NCBI GenBank assembly: GCA_965204165.1
Contig: OZ241969.1
Coordinates: forward strand, 4,088,735 to 4,152,734
Direction: 5' to 3'
DNA: 64,000 nt
DNA from: Candidatus Poriferihabitaceae bacterium
GTDB lineage: Bacteria; Pseudomonadota; Gammaproteobacteria; Arenicellales; Poriferihabitantaceae
Below the pieces are notes generated by a model. That model did not search any database, was not told the origin of the DNA, and saw nothing but the letters and a program-made list of their open reading frames with translations. This document shows, piece after piece, positions 1 to 9,775 of this stretch (position 1 is its first letter; every line of letters begins with the position of its first letter). Position numbers and translations under genes: made by a program.

Positions 1-391
1 CCGTGGACAAAACGATCGCCAGCGTCTTCCGTTGAGACTGCAGCTGGGCGCCAGCCAGCCGAAGCTGGCGGACGCCGTGGCCTTCATGGAGGCCAACCTG
101 GAGGAGCTGATCAGCCTGGACGAAATCGCTTTCCATGTGGGGTTGTCAAGACGCCAGCTTGAGCGGCTGTTCCAGAAGTACCTCCATTGCGTGCCCACCC
201 GCTACTATATGCGCCTCAGGCTGATGCACGCGCGCCAGCTCCTGCTGCAGACCAGCATGCCCATCGTGGACATCGCCTATGCCAGCGGCTTTGTGTCCAC
301 ACCGCACTTCAGCAAGTGCTACCGGGAGTTCTTCGGCATTCCGCCGCGCGAGGAGCGAAGAGCCCACAAGCAGATGGCGACTGCCTCCTGA
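1..391 (+). CDS. AraC/XylS-family transcriptional regulator, C-terminal HTH domain (5' end outside window; GlxA/GbdR-like)
   Basis: The reading frame is open to the window edge, so the listed start at 32 is internal. The two AraC HTH repeats are visible (LSLDEIAFHVGLSRRQLERLFQKYL and IVDIAYASGFVSTPHFSKCYREFFGIPP). Confidence 0.8.
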   Translation, partial: RGQNDRQRLPLRLQLGASQPKLADAVAFMEANLEELISLDEIAFHVGLSRRQLERLFQKYLHCVPTRYYMRLRLMHARQLLLQTSMPIVDIAYASGFVSTPHFSKCYREFFGIPPREERRAHKQMATAS

Positions 392-449
392 AGGACCGGG
401 TCACCCGCGCCATCCGGCGCCCGAAGCTGCAGGGAGTTCCGCTTCGCGG

Positions 450-2468
450 TCAGGCGTTGCGCCGGCGCCGACGCGGCCTTGACGGTCCGCCGCCTTCGGT
501 CCCCGTGGTTTCCGGTGACGGCAGTTCCACCGCCAGCGCCAGGTTGTGGAACGGGGCCGTCTTGTGCGGGATGGCCAACGCGTCGATGAAGTGCTCCTGG
601 AATTTCGGCTCCACGGCGGTTTCCACTTTCTGGATCCGTCGCACCACATCCTCGATCTCGGTTCTGGCGTCGATATCGAGCAATGCGATGGTGGCACCCG
701 TTCCCGCGGCATTGCCCGCGGAACTGACATGTTCCAGGGGACAGTCGGGAATCATGCCGAGCACCATGGCGTACTTCGTATCGATATGCGAACCGAAGGC
801 GCCGGCCAGCCGGATGCGTTCGATCTGTCCAGTGCCAAGCTTGTCCATCAGCAATGCGCAGCCCGCGTGGAGCGCCGCCTTGGCGAGCTGGATGGCGCGG
901 ACATCGTTCTGGGTGATCACGATCCGCAGGTCGCCCTGGTCATGCAGCACGTAGCTGAACGTCTTTTCCTGGGGTACGATGCGCCGGCTCTGCCGTGCCA
1001 GCTCCCCGCGGATAATGCCATCCGGGCGGATGATCCCGGCCAGGTACATTTCCGCGATTACCTCGATGATGCCGGAGCCGCAGATACCCGTGACACCCCC
1101 GCTCCCGACGGCATCGTCGAAACCTGGCTCGTCGGACCAGGTTTCCGAGCCGATGACCCGGAACCTCGGCTCCAGGGTGTTCCGGTCGATACGCACCCGC
1201 TCAATGGCGCCGGGCGCAGCGCGCTGCCCGCCGCTGATCTGGGCGCCCTCGAACGCCGGGCCGGTCGGACTGGATGCCGCCACCATGCGGCGGTGATTGC
1301 CGAGAACGATCTCGGCATTGGTACCCACATCCACCACCAGGGTCATTTCGCTGCGCTCGTACGGCGCCTCCGAAAGGACGACCGCGGCCGCATCGGCGCC
1401 GACATGTCCGGCGATGCAGGGCAGCACGTAGACGCGGGCACTCGGGTTGATGTCGAGATCAATCTCCGAGGCGCGGGCATCCAGGGCCTGGTCCGTGGCC
1501 AGGGCAAAGGGCGCGCCACCCAGTTCCACCGGACTGATGCCGAGCAGCAGATGATGCATCACCGGGTTGCCCACCAGGGTCATGTCCACGATGTCGGACA
1601 TCTCCACCCCCTCTTGCCCGGCCAGCTCCTCCACCAGCTCCTGGAGCGCCTCGCGGACCGCCCGGGTCATGTCCCTTTCTCCGCCCGGATTCATCATGGC
1701 GTAGGACACCCGGCTCATGAGATCCTCGCCGAAGCGGATCTGGGGATTCATCCGGCCCGCCGAGGCCGTGACCTGTCCCGTGGTGAGATCGCACAGATGG
1801 GCGGCGATGGTGGTGGATCCGACGTCCACGGCAATGCCGAATATGCGGTCCTTCAGTCCGGGCCACAGGCCGACAATCCGGTTGCCGTGGTGTACCGCTG
1901 CAGTGACACACCACGCGCCTTCCCTCAGGGTTGCCTGCAGTTTCCCGAGTATCTGGGCGTCACAGGTGAGCCCCGTCAGTCCCCATTCGAACTCCAGTGC
2001 GTCCTCGAGCCTCTGCAGGTCGCCGCTGGGTTCGTGCATGTTCGGCTCGGGCACTTCGATATAGTGGAGCTTGACCGCCGGATTCAGGTTGATGCTGTGC
2101 ACTTCGGCGCGTTTGCGCACCACCTGGCGGTGGGCCTGGCTCTCCGGAGGCACGTCGACCACTACATCGCCCTTAAGCAGGGCCTGGCAGCCGAGGCGCC
2201 GGGTCGGCGGGGTTCCGGACTTGAAGAACTCCAGTTCACTGGAGGAGTGGGGGCTAAGGTGCTCGGCGAGGGAATGGATGCCGAACTTGGCGAACTCACC
2301 GATACTCAGGTCGATCTGGCAACGGTCGCAGATTCCGCGGCCGCCACAGACCGTATCGAGGTCGACGCCCAGCATTCTTGCCGCATCCAGCACCGACTTT
2401 CCACGGGGAATCTTGCCCCGCTTGCCGGAAGGGGTAAACACGACCTGTACGGACTGGCTGTCGTTCAT
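450..2468 (-). CDS. RACo-like reductive activase of corrinoid proteins (2Fe-2S ferredoxin domain + ASKHA/DUF4445 ATPase)
   Basis: 672 aa. N-terminal plant-type 2Fe-2S motif CGGRGICDRCQ, followed by an ASKHA-like body (VVDVGTNAEIVLG). Lies next to the methyltransferase and corrinoid protein genes. Confidence 0.8.
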   Translation of the reverse strand: MNDSQSVQVVFTPSGKRGKIPRGKSVLDAARMLGVDLDTVCGGRGICDRCQIDLSIGEFAKFGIHSLAEHLSPHSSSELEFFKSGTPPTRRLGCQALLKGDVVVDVPPESQAHRQVVRKRAEVHSINLNPAVKLHYIEVPEPNMHEPSGDLQRLEDALEFEWGLTGLTCDAQILGKLQATLREGAWCVTAAVHHGNRIVGLWPGLKDRIFGIAVDVGSTTIAAHLCDLTTGQVTASAGRMNPQIRFGEDLMSRVSYAMMNPGGERDMTRAVREALQELVEELAGQEGVEMSDIVDMTLVGNPVMHHLLLGISPVELGGAPFALATDQALDARASEIDLDINPSARVYVLPCIAGHVGADAAAVVLSEAPYERSEMTLVVDVGTNAEIVLGNHRRMVAASSPTGPAFEGAQISGGQRAAPGAIERVRIDRNTLEPRFRVIGSETWSDEPGFDDAVGSGGVTGICGSGIIEVIAEMYLAGIIRPDGIIRGELARQSRRIVPQEKTFSYVLHDQGDLRIVITQNDVRAIQLAKAALHAGCALLMDKLGTGQIERIRLAGAFGSHIDTKYAMVLGMIPDCPLEHVSSAGNAAGTGATIALLDIDARTEIEDVVRRIQKVETAVEPKFQEHFIDALAIPHKTAPFHNLALAVELPSPETTGTEGGGPSRPRRRRRNA

Positions 2469-2817
2469 CCTCTGGATTCCCCGGAGTCAGCATGTGGACG
2501 CGGGCAAGGTGCGGCGGGCGCCCGGATTCCCGAAAAAGCGTTCCCGACGGCGGCGAAGCCCGCATGTTCGTTCAGTCTGTCCGCCATCGTGTTGATCGTG
2601 CGCCGTTACCGGCCCCGCCGGAAATGGACCCAGCCCCAACGGCCGGCGAACCACCGCCTGGCCACCAACGGGGAATCGTACCAGATCAGCGCATCACTGT
2701 TCAGAAGCCCGGTTCCCTGCCGGGCAGCCGCATTGGTCGCAGGTGACGCGGAATGGATCGCGACCGCGGCAGTGCACACCGCCGTGCAGGCCCGTCCCGG
2801 TCAGCGTGCCACCACCC

Positions 2818-3723
2818 TCAGGCGCGGCGTCTCCGCCGCCGGCCACCACGGCCTTCCGCAGGCGAATCCCCCTCCGGAACAGGCTGGCGGTATCTCTTCA
2901 GCCACCTGGAGCAGTTGTTGTCGTGACCCATGACCACGTTGGCCGCCATGATGCCCTGCATGACCTCTTCATGCAGTGGATTGGTGATCGCCGAGGTCAT
3001 GCCCGCGCCGATGGCCATGCTGAGAAAATGCGCGTCCATGCCCTTGCGGTTCGGAATGCCGAAACTGAAATTGGACGCGCCGCAGGTGGTATTCACCCGG
3101 AGTTCCTCCCGCAGCCGCTTGACCAGGTGAACAACCTGCCTGCCTGCGCTGTTGACCGCACCCACGGGCATGACCAGCGGATCGACCACGATGTCGCTGT
3201 AGTGAATGCCATGGTCCGCCGCGCGCTCGACGATCTTCTTCGCCACGTCAAAGCGCTCGTCCGGGTTCTCTGAAATGCCGGCTTCATCGTTGGATATGGC
3301 CACCACGGCACAGCCGTATTTCCTGACCAGGGGCAGGACGGCCTCTAGCCGATCGTCTTCGCCGGTCACCGAATTGAGCAGGGGCTTGCCCTGGTATACC
3401 TCGAGCCCGGCTTCCAGGGCGGCGACGATGGAAGAATCGATGGACAGGGGTACCGCGGTAATGGACTGCACCAGCTGGATCGCTTCCGCAAGAATTCTCG
3501 GTTCATCCGCCAGGGGAATGCCGGCGTTCACATCCAGCACGGAGGCCCCTGCGGCCACCTGGGAGAGGGCATCCGTCTCCACCCTGCTGTAGTCCCCGTT
3601 CTTCATTTCCTCGGCCAGGATCTTGCGGCCCGTGGGATTGATCCTCTCACCGATGATCACGAAGGGCCGGTCAAAGCCGATCTTGACCTCGCTGGTGGCT
3701 GAACTGATAACGGTCTCTGTCAT
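2818..3723 (-). CDS. methyltetrahydrofolate:corrinoid methyltransferase (pterin-binding domain protein)
   Basis: 301 aa. Pterin-binding barrel signature FVIIGERINPTGRK and LDVNAGIPL, resembling the MetH/AcsE pterin-binding module. Same operon orientation as the corrinoid protein. Confidence 0.8.
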   Translation of the reverse strand: MTETVISSATSEVKIGFDRPFVIIGERINPTGRKILAEEMKNGDYSRVETDALSQVAAGASVLDVNAGIPLADEPRILAEAIQLVQSITAVPLSIDSSIVAALEAGLEVYQGKPLLNSVTGEDDRLEAVLPLVRKYGCAVVAISNDEAGISENPDERFDVAKKIVERAADHGIHYSDIVVDPLVMPVGAVNSAGRQVVHLVKRLREELRVNTTCGASNFSFGIPNRKGMDAHFLSMAIGAGMTSAITNPLHEEVMQGIMAANVVMGHDNNCSRWLKRYRQPVPEGDSPAEGRGGRRRRRRA

Positions 3724-3767
3724 GGATAACTGTATGGTTGCATTTGTTCGGCCCGGGTCGGCTCCAG

Positions 3768-4070
3768 TCAGGCGGCCGGCTCCCTGCCCTCGTTTCGGAT
3801 CAGCGCCAGGAGGCGGTCCCTGTCGTATTCCGCTTCCAGGTGTTGAGCCGCTTCCCGGGCAATGGTCTCGAGATCATCGCCGCAGGGTTCGCTGACGCGC
3901 CTCCACTGCTCCAGGTAGGCGTCCGTGCCCACCATGCCCGCCCGCATGGCGGCATGGTCGATCGCCTCGGAAAAGCGACCGCTCAGTTCCACCTTGGCGC
4001 TCGTTCGCCGTTCCCTCGCCATCACTTGGGCGGGAATATCGCGCCAGTACACCGTAATCAGATTTGCCAT
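3768..4070 (-). CDS. small conserved protein of corrinoid-methyltransferase clusters (Virulence_fact/PF13769-like)
   Basis: 100-aa ORF packed between the MeTr and DUF1638 genes (MANLITVYWRDIPAQV...). The family assignment is from memory of similar clusters and was not verified. Confidence 0.45.
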   Translation of the reverse strand: MANLITVYWRDIPAQVMARERRTSAKVELSGRFSEAIDHAAMRAGMVGTDAYLEQWRRVSEPCGDDLETIAREAAQHLEAEYDRDRLLALIRNEGREPAA

Positions 4071-4135
4071 CGAACAGCTCCTGCAACAAGGCAGCCAGAA
4101 ATGTTACCCGGGTCGGTCGGCAATGGATCCGGGAA

Positions 4136-4741
4136 TCAGGCGGACTGTCCCGCCATTGCAACCCGCACCCGCAGCGCACTGCCAAGCCCACTGTCTCCGG
4201 TCATGACCCTTTCAAAGGCCAGGCCGAGATATTCCGCAGCGTCCCGGGCACGTTTCTCGATATCGGGATCATCCAGCTGGGCCAGGAGCACCAGCTTGCG
4301 GTAATTGCCGAAATAGACGTCCTTCAGCTCCGGGTGCCTGTCCAGCCCCAATCCCCTGACCATCACGCGCTCGAAGTGGCGCGCCAGGAAATCCGTCAGG
4401 TAGAACGTCCCCAGTTCCGCTTCCTGCAGTTCACCGAAGACCCGGCTGCCGGCGAACATCTCGTAGCAGTGGGCGCCCGGCAAACGTTCGATATCCTCTT
4501 CCGCAAGCATCCGGTCCAGTTCGCCCCCGGTTCCGCAGTCGGAATAGGCCACGAAAATTTCCCGGTACTGCGCCCGCGCCTCGCGGATCTTCTCCCTTAC
4601 CGCCTGCGTGATCCGTTCCGGGCGATTGTGCAGTTCGGCGGGCAGGCACTGGAAATCCATGTGCTCCCAACCGCTTGCGTCCCGGATCCTGACCAGATCA
4701 TGCGCAAGTGCGCCGCAGGCAATGACGAGAACCCTCTCCAC
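4136..4741 (-). CDS. DUF1638 domain protein
   Basis: 201 aa (MERVLVIACGALAHDL...CLPAELHNRPE...). This is the typical companion of B12-binding proteins in methyltransferase operons. Confidence 0.6.
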   Translation of the reverse strand: MERVLVIACGALAHDLVRIRDASGWEHMDFQCLPAELHNRPERITQAVREKIREARAQYREIFVAYSDCGTGGELDRMLAEEDIERLPGAHCYEMFAGSRVFGELQEAELGTFYLTDFLARHFERVMVRGLGLDRHPELKDVYFGNYRKLVLLAQLDDPDIEKRARDAAEYLGLAFERVMTGDSGLGSALRVRVAMAGQSA

Positions 4742-4768
4742 GCGCCATCAGTCTCCTGCGGCCGTCAA

Positions 4769-5470
4769 TCAGGCCGCGGCACGGCGCTGGGCCACCAGCG
4801 CCTGTGCGGTTTCAACCGCCACGGCGGCATCCCGGCAATACGCATCCGCACCCACGGCCTTGCCGAATTCCTCGTTCAGGGGCGCGCCGCCGACCAGCAC
4901 GATGTAGTCGTCCCGAATCCCCTTTTCGACCAGCGTGTCAATCACCACCTTCATGTAGGGCATGGTGGTGGTCAGCAGTGCGGACATGCCGAGAATATCC
5001 GGTTGATGCTTCTCGATCGCTTCCAGGTAGTTCTCCACCGGGTTGTCTATGCCGAGATCAATGACCTCGAAGCCCGCCCCTTCCATCATCATGGCCACCA
5101 GGTTCTTGCCGATGTCGTGGATATCGCCTTTCACGGTGCCGACCACCATCTTGCCGATCGGCTTGGCGCCGGTCTCCGCGAGCAACGGCCGCAGCACCTC
5201 CATCCCTCCTTTCATGGCGTTGGCCGACATCAGCACTTCCGGCACGAACAGGATTCCGTCCCGGAAATCAATGCCGACGATACGCATGCCCTCCACCAGT
5301 GCCTCGTCCAGGACCCGGGTGGCCGCCCAGCCGCGTTCCAGCAGGATGTTCGTGCCTTCGATGATCTCCTCCCGAAGACCGTCGTAGAGGTCGTCATGCA
5401 TCTGCTCTACCAGTTCGTCATCCGGAAGGCTGGCAAGATCGATATCGTCTTCGTAGGTTTCTTCTGACAT
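4769..5470 (-). CDS. corrinoid (cobalamin-binding) methyl-carrier protein
   Basis: B12-binding DxHxxG motif GDIHDIGKN, followed by a Rossmann-like domain and preceded by a helical cap. Start chosen at MSEETYED (cat at 5468-5470); the listed ORF extends to 5551. Confidence 0.85.
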   Translation of the reverse strand: MSEETYEDDIDLASLPDDELVEQMHDDLYDGLREEIIEGTNILLERGWAATRVLDEALVEGMRIVGIDFRDGILFVPEVLMSANAMKGGMEVLRPLLAETGAKPIGKMVVGTVKGDIHDIGKNLVAMMMEGAGFEVIDLGIDNPVENYLEAIEKHQPDILGMSALLTTTMPYMKVVIDTLVEKGIRDDYIVLVGGAPLNEEFGKAVGADAYCRDAAVAVETAQALVAQRRAAA

Positions 5471-5803
5471 TGGCGGGGTGGATGTGTGTTGATCAGTACA
5501 ACGGTACACCGGGCAGGCCGGCAAGCCGCAGCAGTCGCCTATTCTATGCAATCCCGCATCGCGAAAAACGGCCTGCGTGCGACAGATTCTGGATCAATGA
5601 GTGCGTCCATGAACAAGTTCCTCCTGCGGTCGGTTTTCATTAACATGCCTGACGATACGCCGTTTTTCAACCCGTCACAGCACATCGGCCCGGCCGGCAG
5701 CGACCGGGAATCGCGGTGCACGGTATCCGGCCGGCGCCCCTTTCGCTGGACCCCGGTCTGCACGGGGGATACAATCCGCGCCCGCCAAACCCGCCCTGAA
5801 ACC

Positions 5804-6373
5804 TTGGAACGAACCAGCAACACCCTTGCCATCAGACTGGCGCTGTTTCACGTCGCCATCATCGCGATTGCCAATTACACGGTCCAGTTCACCGGCACCT
5901 TTCTCGGCTACCATTTCACCTGGGCGATGTTCGTGTTCCCCTTGGTCATCCTGGCCACGGACTTGACGGTCAGGCTGTCAAACCAGCGCCTGGCCCGCCG
6001 AATTGTCGGATATGCCTACGTTCCCGCCATCCTCATCAGCGCCTGGCTGGCCGACTGGCGTATCGGGCTTGCAAGCGGCACCGCGTACCTGGTCGGGCAA
6101 CTGGTGGACATCACGGTGTTCCAGAAAGTCCGGGAGCGCTCCAGAGCCTGGTGGGTAGCACCGGCCATTTCGACGTTCTTTGCCAATATCATCGACACCT
6201 ACGTGTTCTACTCCGCCGCATTCGTCCAGTCCCGGGACCCGTTCATGTCGACGAACTGGCCCGAGGTGGCCACCGTGGACTTGGTCTTCAAGATCGTGGT
6301 ATCCATCCTCTTCTTCCTGCCCGCCTATGGCGTGGTCCTGTCCATGCTGCAGCGCCGGCTCACCCTGCACTGA
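5804..6373 (+). CDS. yhhQ: queuosine-precursor (preQ0/preQ1) transporter, YhhQ/VUT family
   Basis: LALFHVAIIAIANYTVQF...FPLVILATDLTVR...WWVAPAISTFFANIIDTYVF parallels E. coli YhhQ. The start is uncertain: TTG 5804 fits the YhhQ length, and ATG 5645 is the alternative. Confidence 0.7.
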   Translation: MERTSNTLAIRLALFHVAIIAIANYTVQFTGTFLGYHFTWAMFVFPLVILATDLTVRLSNQRLARRIVGYAYVPAILISAWLADWRIGLASGTAYLVGQLVDITVFQKVRERSRAWWVAPAISTFFANIIDTYVFYSAAFVQSRDPFMSTNWPEVATVDLVFKIVVSILFFLPAYGVVLSMLQRRLTLH

Positions 6374-6473
6374 GTCCTCCCGGCCGTGCACCGGGGCGGT
6401 CATGCCGAACGCACGGGAAGGGCGACTGGTGTGCGGTACCGGTCAGGGCGCCGCCGCCCGGAAAGCGCCCGGG

Positions 6474-7265
6474 TCAGGGATCCGGCAATTCCTCTTCCTC
6501 CGCCAGTTCCGCCTCCTCCCTGGCTGCCTTTTCCGCATCCTTCTTCGCGATGTATCGCGAGGTGAACAGGCCGAGTTCAAACAACAGCCATACGGGCACC
6601 GCGAGTAGCGTCTGGGAGAAGATGTCCGGCGGGGTCATCAGCATCCCCACCACGAACGCAATGATGATGATGTAGGGACGCTTCGTCTCCAGGTCTTCCG
6701 GTGTCGTGATGCCCAGTTTGACGAAAATGATGGTCGCCACAGGCACCTCGAACGCCACCCCGAATGCGAAGAACAGCTTGACCACGAAACTGAAGTAGGC
6801 ATTGATGTCCGTCATCACCTGGACCCCCTCCGGCGCACTGCCGGCGAAGAAGGCGAAAATGATGGGGAACACCACGAAGTAGGCGAACACGATTCCGAGG
6901 TAGAACAGCAGGCTGCTGGAGACGATGATCGGCAGCACCATCCGCTTCTCGTGCTGGTACAGCCCGGGGGCGACGAAGGCCCACATCTGGTACAGCACAT
7001 AGGGCACCGCGATGGCGAATGCGCAGGCAAACGCGAACTTGAACGGCACAAAGAACGGCCCGTGCGGCTCCGTGGAGATCATGCTGTTGCCTTCCGGCAG
7101 CGCCGACATGAGCGGCTTCGCCAGGATCTCGTAGAGATCGTTGGCGAAGGGCACCAGGCAGACAAAGATGACCACCACCGCCAGGATGGCGCGCAGCAGG
7201 CGGTCCCTGAGCTCCAGCAGGTGGGAGATCAGGGTGCCTTCACCCGTTGGAGTGTCCCTGCGCAC
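6474..7265 (-). CDS. tatC: twin-arginine translocase subunit TatC
   Basis: 263 aa, six-TM protein with the TatC N-terminus LISHLLELRDRLLRA. Follows tatA-tatB. Confidence 0.95.
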   Translation of the reverse strand: MRRDTPTGEGTLISHLLELRDRLLRAILAVVVIFVCLVPFANDLYEILAKPLMSALPEGNSMISTEPHGPFFVPFKFAFACAFAIAVPYVLYQMWAFVAPGLYQHEKRMVLPIIVSSSLLFYLGIVFAYFVVFPIIFAFFAGSAPEGVQVMTDINAYFSFVVKLFFAFGVAFEVPVATIIFVKLGITTPEDLETKRPYIIIIAFVVGMLMTPPDIFSQTLLAVPVWLLFELGLFTSRYIAKKDAEKAAREEAELAEEEELPDP

Positions 7266-7274
7266 CGGAGTGGC

Positions 7275-7781
7275 CTACTCCACCGGGGTTTTCGCCTCCG
7301 GGGACTTCTCCCCGGCAGCGGTTTCTCCGGCCGCGGCCGGCTCACTTCCGGCGTCCGTTCCGTCCGCCTTGTCCGGCCCGGCACCGGAACCGTCATCGGC
7401 GCCATCGATTTCACTTTCCATCTGCTTGGCGATCTCGTCGATCTCGTCGATGTCGGACTGGATCTCTTCTTTCAGCGGTGCGGCCTCCTCCACGACATCC
7501 TTGACGGAGGACCGGAGTTCTTCGGCGTCGCTGGCTTTCTTGATGGTGTCGGCCGCCTTGTTCACCTCCTTGTGGGCAGTGTCGAGGCCTTCCTTGAGCC
7601 CCGAAAGCTCGCTGGCCTTGAGTTCGCGGTCGATGTCGCGCTTCACGTCGGTGACCATGCGGCGGGCCTTGCCGATCCACAGGCCTGCCGTCCGCGCAAG
7701 CCCTGGCAGGCGCTCCGGTCCGACGATGATCAGTGCCACGACGCCGATAATCGTCAGTTCCCAGAAGCCAACATCAAACAT
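7275..7781 (-). CDS. tatB: twin-arginine translocase subunit TatB
   Basis: MFDVGFWELTIIGVVALIIVGPERLP followed by an amphipathic/acidic tail. Confidence 0.9.
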   Translation of the reverse strand: MFDVGFWELTIIGVVALIIVGPERLPGLARTAGLWIGKARRMVTDVKRDIDRELKASELSGLKEGLDTAHKEVNKAADTIKKASDAEELRSSVKDVVEEAAPLKEEIQSDIDEIDEIAKQMESEIDGADDGSGAGPDKADGTDAGSEPAAAGETAAGEKSPEAKTPVE

Positions 7782-7810
7782 GTCCGTCAGGCGTCAGCCC
7801 AATGCTCTTT

Positions 7811-8065
7811 TCAGGATTTCTCCCCGTCCGTCTTGTCCTCCGCGGTGTCGGCGACTTTCTCGGCGACCCCGTCTTGCGCTTCATCCAACTGCTCCTGGTC
7901 TTCCGGCTTTTCCTGGGAGTCGTCCTCCTTCATCGCCTTCTTGAAGCCCTTGATTGCGCCGCCGAGGTCACCGCCGAGGCCGCGCAGTTTCTTGGTGCCG
8001 AAGATCAGCAGCACGATGACCAGGATGATCAGTAACTGGAATGGACTAATTCCGCCAAAACCCAT
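7811..8065 (-). CDS. tatA: twin-arginine translocase subunit TatA
   Basis: [27 protein letters not shown] followed by an acidic tail. Confidence 0.9.
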   Translation of the reverse strand: MGFGGISPFQLLIILVIVLLIFGTKKLRGLGGDLGGAIKGFKKAMKEDDSQEKPEDQEQLDEAQDGVAEKVADTAEDKTDGEKS

Positions 8066-8172
8066 GTTCTTTCTCCAATAGCGTTGAGAGTGAAGTTGTC
8101 CGCGGACAGGGACTGCCGCCCCACCGCCGCCGCCGGGCCGAGGCGCCGGAGGATTGATCGAAACCGTACATT

Positions 8173-8529
8173 CTAGCTGGAATCTGGCTGAGTGCGAGAA
8201 TTTTTTTCCGCCAGCCCGGACCGGCCCGAACGGGATTCCAGCACCGCCCGCACCTCCGCCAGCCCGAGATCGTACCGCGCCAGCACGACCATGAGGTGGA
8301 ACAGGAGGTCGGCCGACTCCTCGGCAATTTCCTCCCGGTTGCCCGATTTTGCGGCCAGCATGACCTCCGTCGCCTCTTCGCCGATCTTCTTCAGGAGCCG
8401 GTCCTCGTCCCCGTCCAGCAGGCTGGCCACGTAGGATTCCTCCGGATCAAGGCCCCTGCGGCGGGCGATCACGGACTCCAGCTGCGCCAGGACCGATCCG
8501 GCAGTGGCGCCATGGTCAGGGTTTGCCAT
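8173..8529 (-). CDS. hisE: phosphoribosyl-ATP pyrophosphatase
   Basis: [17 protein letters not shown]...[13 protein letters not shown]. Start at MANPDHG (cat 8527-8529). Overlaps the hisI stop. Confidence 0.9.
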   Translation of the reverse strand: MANPDHGATAGSVLAQLESVIARRRGLDPEESYVASLLDGDEDRLLKKIGEEATEVMLAAKSGNREEIAEESADLLFHLMVVLARYDLGLAEVRAVLESRSGRSGLAEKNSRTQPDSS

Positions 8530-8911
8530 AGATCTCTCCGGCATCCTTCAGCACCGGGTCCACCGCCACCCATTGCCCCTCCTCCTGTCTGAGATAGAAA
8601 CAGCTGTGCCGCCCGGTATGACAGGCGATGCCTCCCACCTGTTCCACCTGCATCAGGACCGTGTCGGCATCACAGTCGATGCGAATCTCCTTCAGCTTCT
8701 GCACGTGTCCGGACTCCTCCCCCTTGCGCCACAGCTTGCCCCGCGAGCGGGACCAGTAGACGGCACGGCCCTCCTTGAGGGTGAGGGCCAGCGCCTCACG
8801 GTTCATCCAGGCCATCATCAGCACCCTGCCGGTATCGTGTTCCTGGGCGATGGCGGCCACCAGTCCATCCCCGTTCCACCGGATGGCATCCAGTAATTGC
8901 GCGTCGTTCAT
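8516..8911 (-). CDS. hisI: phosphoribosyl-AMP cyclohydrolase
   Basis: [10 protein letters not shown]...[16 protein letters not shown]...IDCDADT..CHTG. Start at MNDAQLL (cat 8909-8911); the listed ORF is longer. Confidence 0.9.
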   Translation of the reverse strand: MNDAQLLDAIRWNGDGLVAAIAQEHDTGRVLMMAWMNREALALTLKEGRAVYWSRSRGKLWRKGEESGHVQKLKEIRIDCDADTVLMQVEQVGGIACHTGRHSCFYLRQEEGQWVAVDPVLKDAGEIYGKP

Positions 8912-8972
8912 GTTCCTGCGGTTTGTGCTGTTCGTTCTGTCCGGAATACTATTTTGCGGTCCTTTGGCGGAA

Positions 8973-9749
8973 TCACAACCTGACCTCGATGCCACGGGCC
9001 GCCATATGCCGCTTGGCTTCCCCGACGGTGTGCTCCCCGAAATGAAATATGCTGGCTGCAAGCACGGCATCCGCGCCTCCCTGGATCACCCCTTCGGAGA
9101 GGTGATCGAGATTTCCCACACCGCCGGAAGCGATGACCGGAAGATTGACCGCCGAGGTCATTTCCCGGACCAGTTCGAGGTCGAATCCATTGCGGGTACC
9201 GTCACGATCCATACTGGTCACCAAGAGCTCCCCGGCGCCCAGATCCTCCATCCTGCGCGCCCAATCCACTGCATCGATACCGGTGGGGTTGCGCCCGCCG
9301 TGGGTGAATACCTCCCACGTCCGCCGGCCATCGCCCTCGTCCGGGGCACGTTTGGCGTCAATGGCCACGACAATGCACTGGTTGCCGAAATGCCCGCTGG
9401 CGTCCCGGATGAAATCCGGGTTCTGTACCGCCGAGGTGTTGATGGATATCTTGTCGGCGCCGGCATCCAGCAGGCGATGGATGTCATCCAGGCAACGGAC
9501 CCCCCCGCCCACGGTCAGGGGAATGAACACTTCCCCGGCCACCGCCTCCACCACGTGGACAATCGTGTCCCGCCGGTCGGAACTGGCGGTGATGTCGAGG
9601 AATGTAATTTCATCCGCGCCCTGGCGGTCGTAACCGCGTGCAACTTCCACCGGATCTCCCGCGTCCCGGATGTCGACGAATTGTACGCCTTTCACCACCC
9701 GGCCCGCGTCCACGTCCAGGCAGGGAATAATGCGGCGGGCAAGACCCAT
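8973..9749 (-). CDS. hisF: imidazole glycerol phosphate synthase cyclase subunit
   Basis: [17 protein letters not shown]...[11 protein letters not shown].... Confidence 0.95.
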   Translation of the reverse strand: MGLARRIIPCLDVDAGRVVKGVQFVDIRDAGDPVEVARGYDRQGADEITFLDITASSDRRDTIVHVVEAVAGEVFIPLTVGGGVRCLDDIHRLLDAGADKISINTSAVQNPDFIRDASGHFGNQCIVVAIDAKRAPDEGDGRRTWEVFTHGGRNPTGIDAVDWARRMEDLGAGELLVTSMDRDGTRNGFDLELVREMTSAVNLPVIASGGVGNLDHLSEGVIQGGADAVLAASIFHFGEHTVGEAKRHMAARGIEVRL

Positions 9750-9775
9750 GAATCGTGATCGCTGCGCAGGCCGGC

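Noticed and set aside
2469-2817. 350-bp gap inside the corrinoid operon with a possible small Cys-containing reading frame (..VHCRGRDPFRVTCDQCGCPAG..).
   Set aside because: No start codon or RBS was found in that frame and no recognisable domain. It cannot be distinguished from chance in GC-rich sequence.
546-2933. Very long ORFs antisense to, or out of frame with, recognised genes. Examples: 546-2933 +, 4064-5467 +, 15986-17659 +, 23993-25732 -, 25660-27144 -, 29065-30399 -, 38751-40025 -, 40891-42009 -, 60490-62043 +.
   Set aside because: Their compositions are Arg/Ala/Gly/Pro-rich and low in complexity. They have no recognisable domains, and each fully overlaps a gene with clear family motifs on the other strand or frame. 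This is the typical shadow-ORF artefact of GC-rich DNA.
5471-5560. Possible cobalamin riboswitch upstream of the corrinoid-protein operon (minus strand).
   Set aside because: No B12-box-like core and no GGGAA/GGTG..AATCC elements were seen. Only a loose GCGACTG resemblance was found.
5551-5803. Possible preQ1 riboswitch in the leader of yhhQ.
   Set aside because: YhhQ genes are often preQ1-regulated. I could not find the short P1 stem plus the A-rich tail/pseudoknot pattern; the region is GC-rich (..CCGCGCCCGCCAAACCCGCCCTGAAACC..). A covariance-model scan would be needed to be sure.
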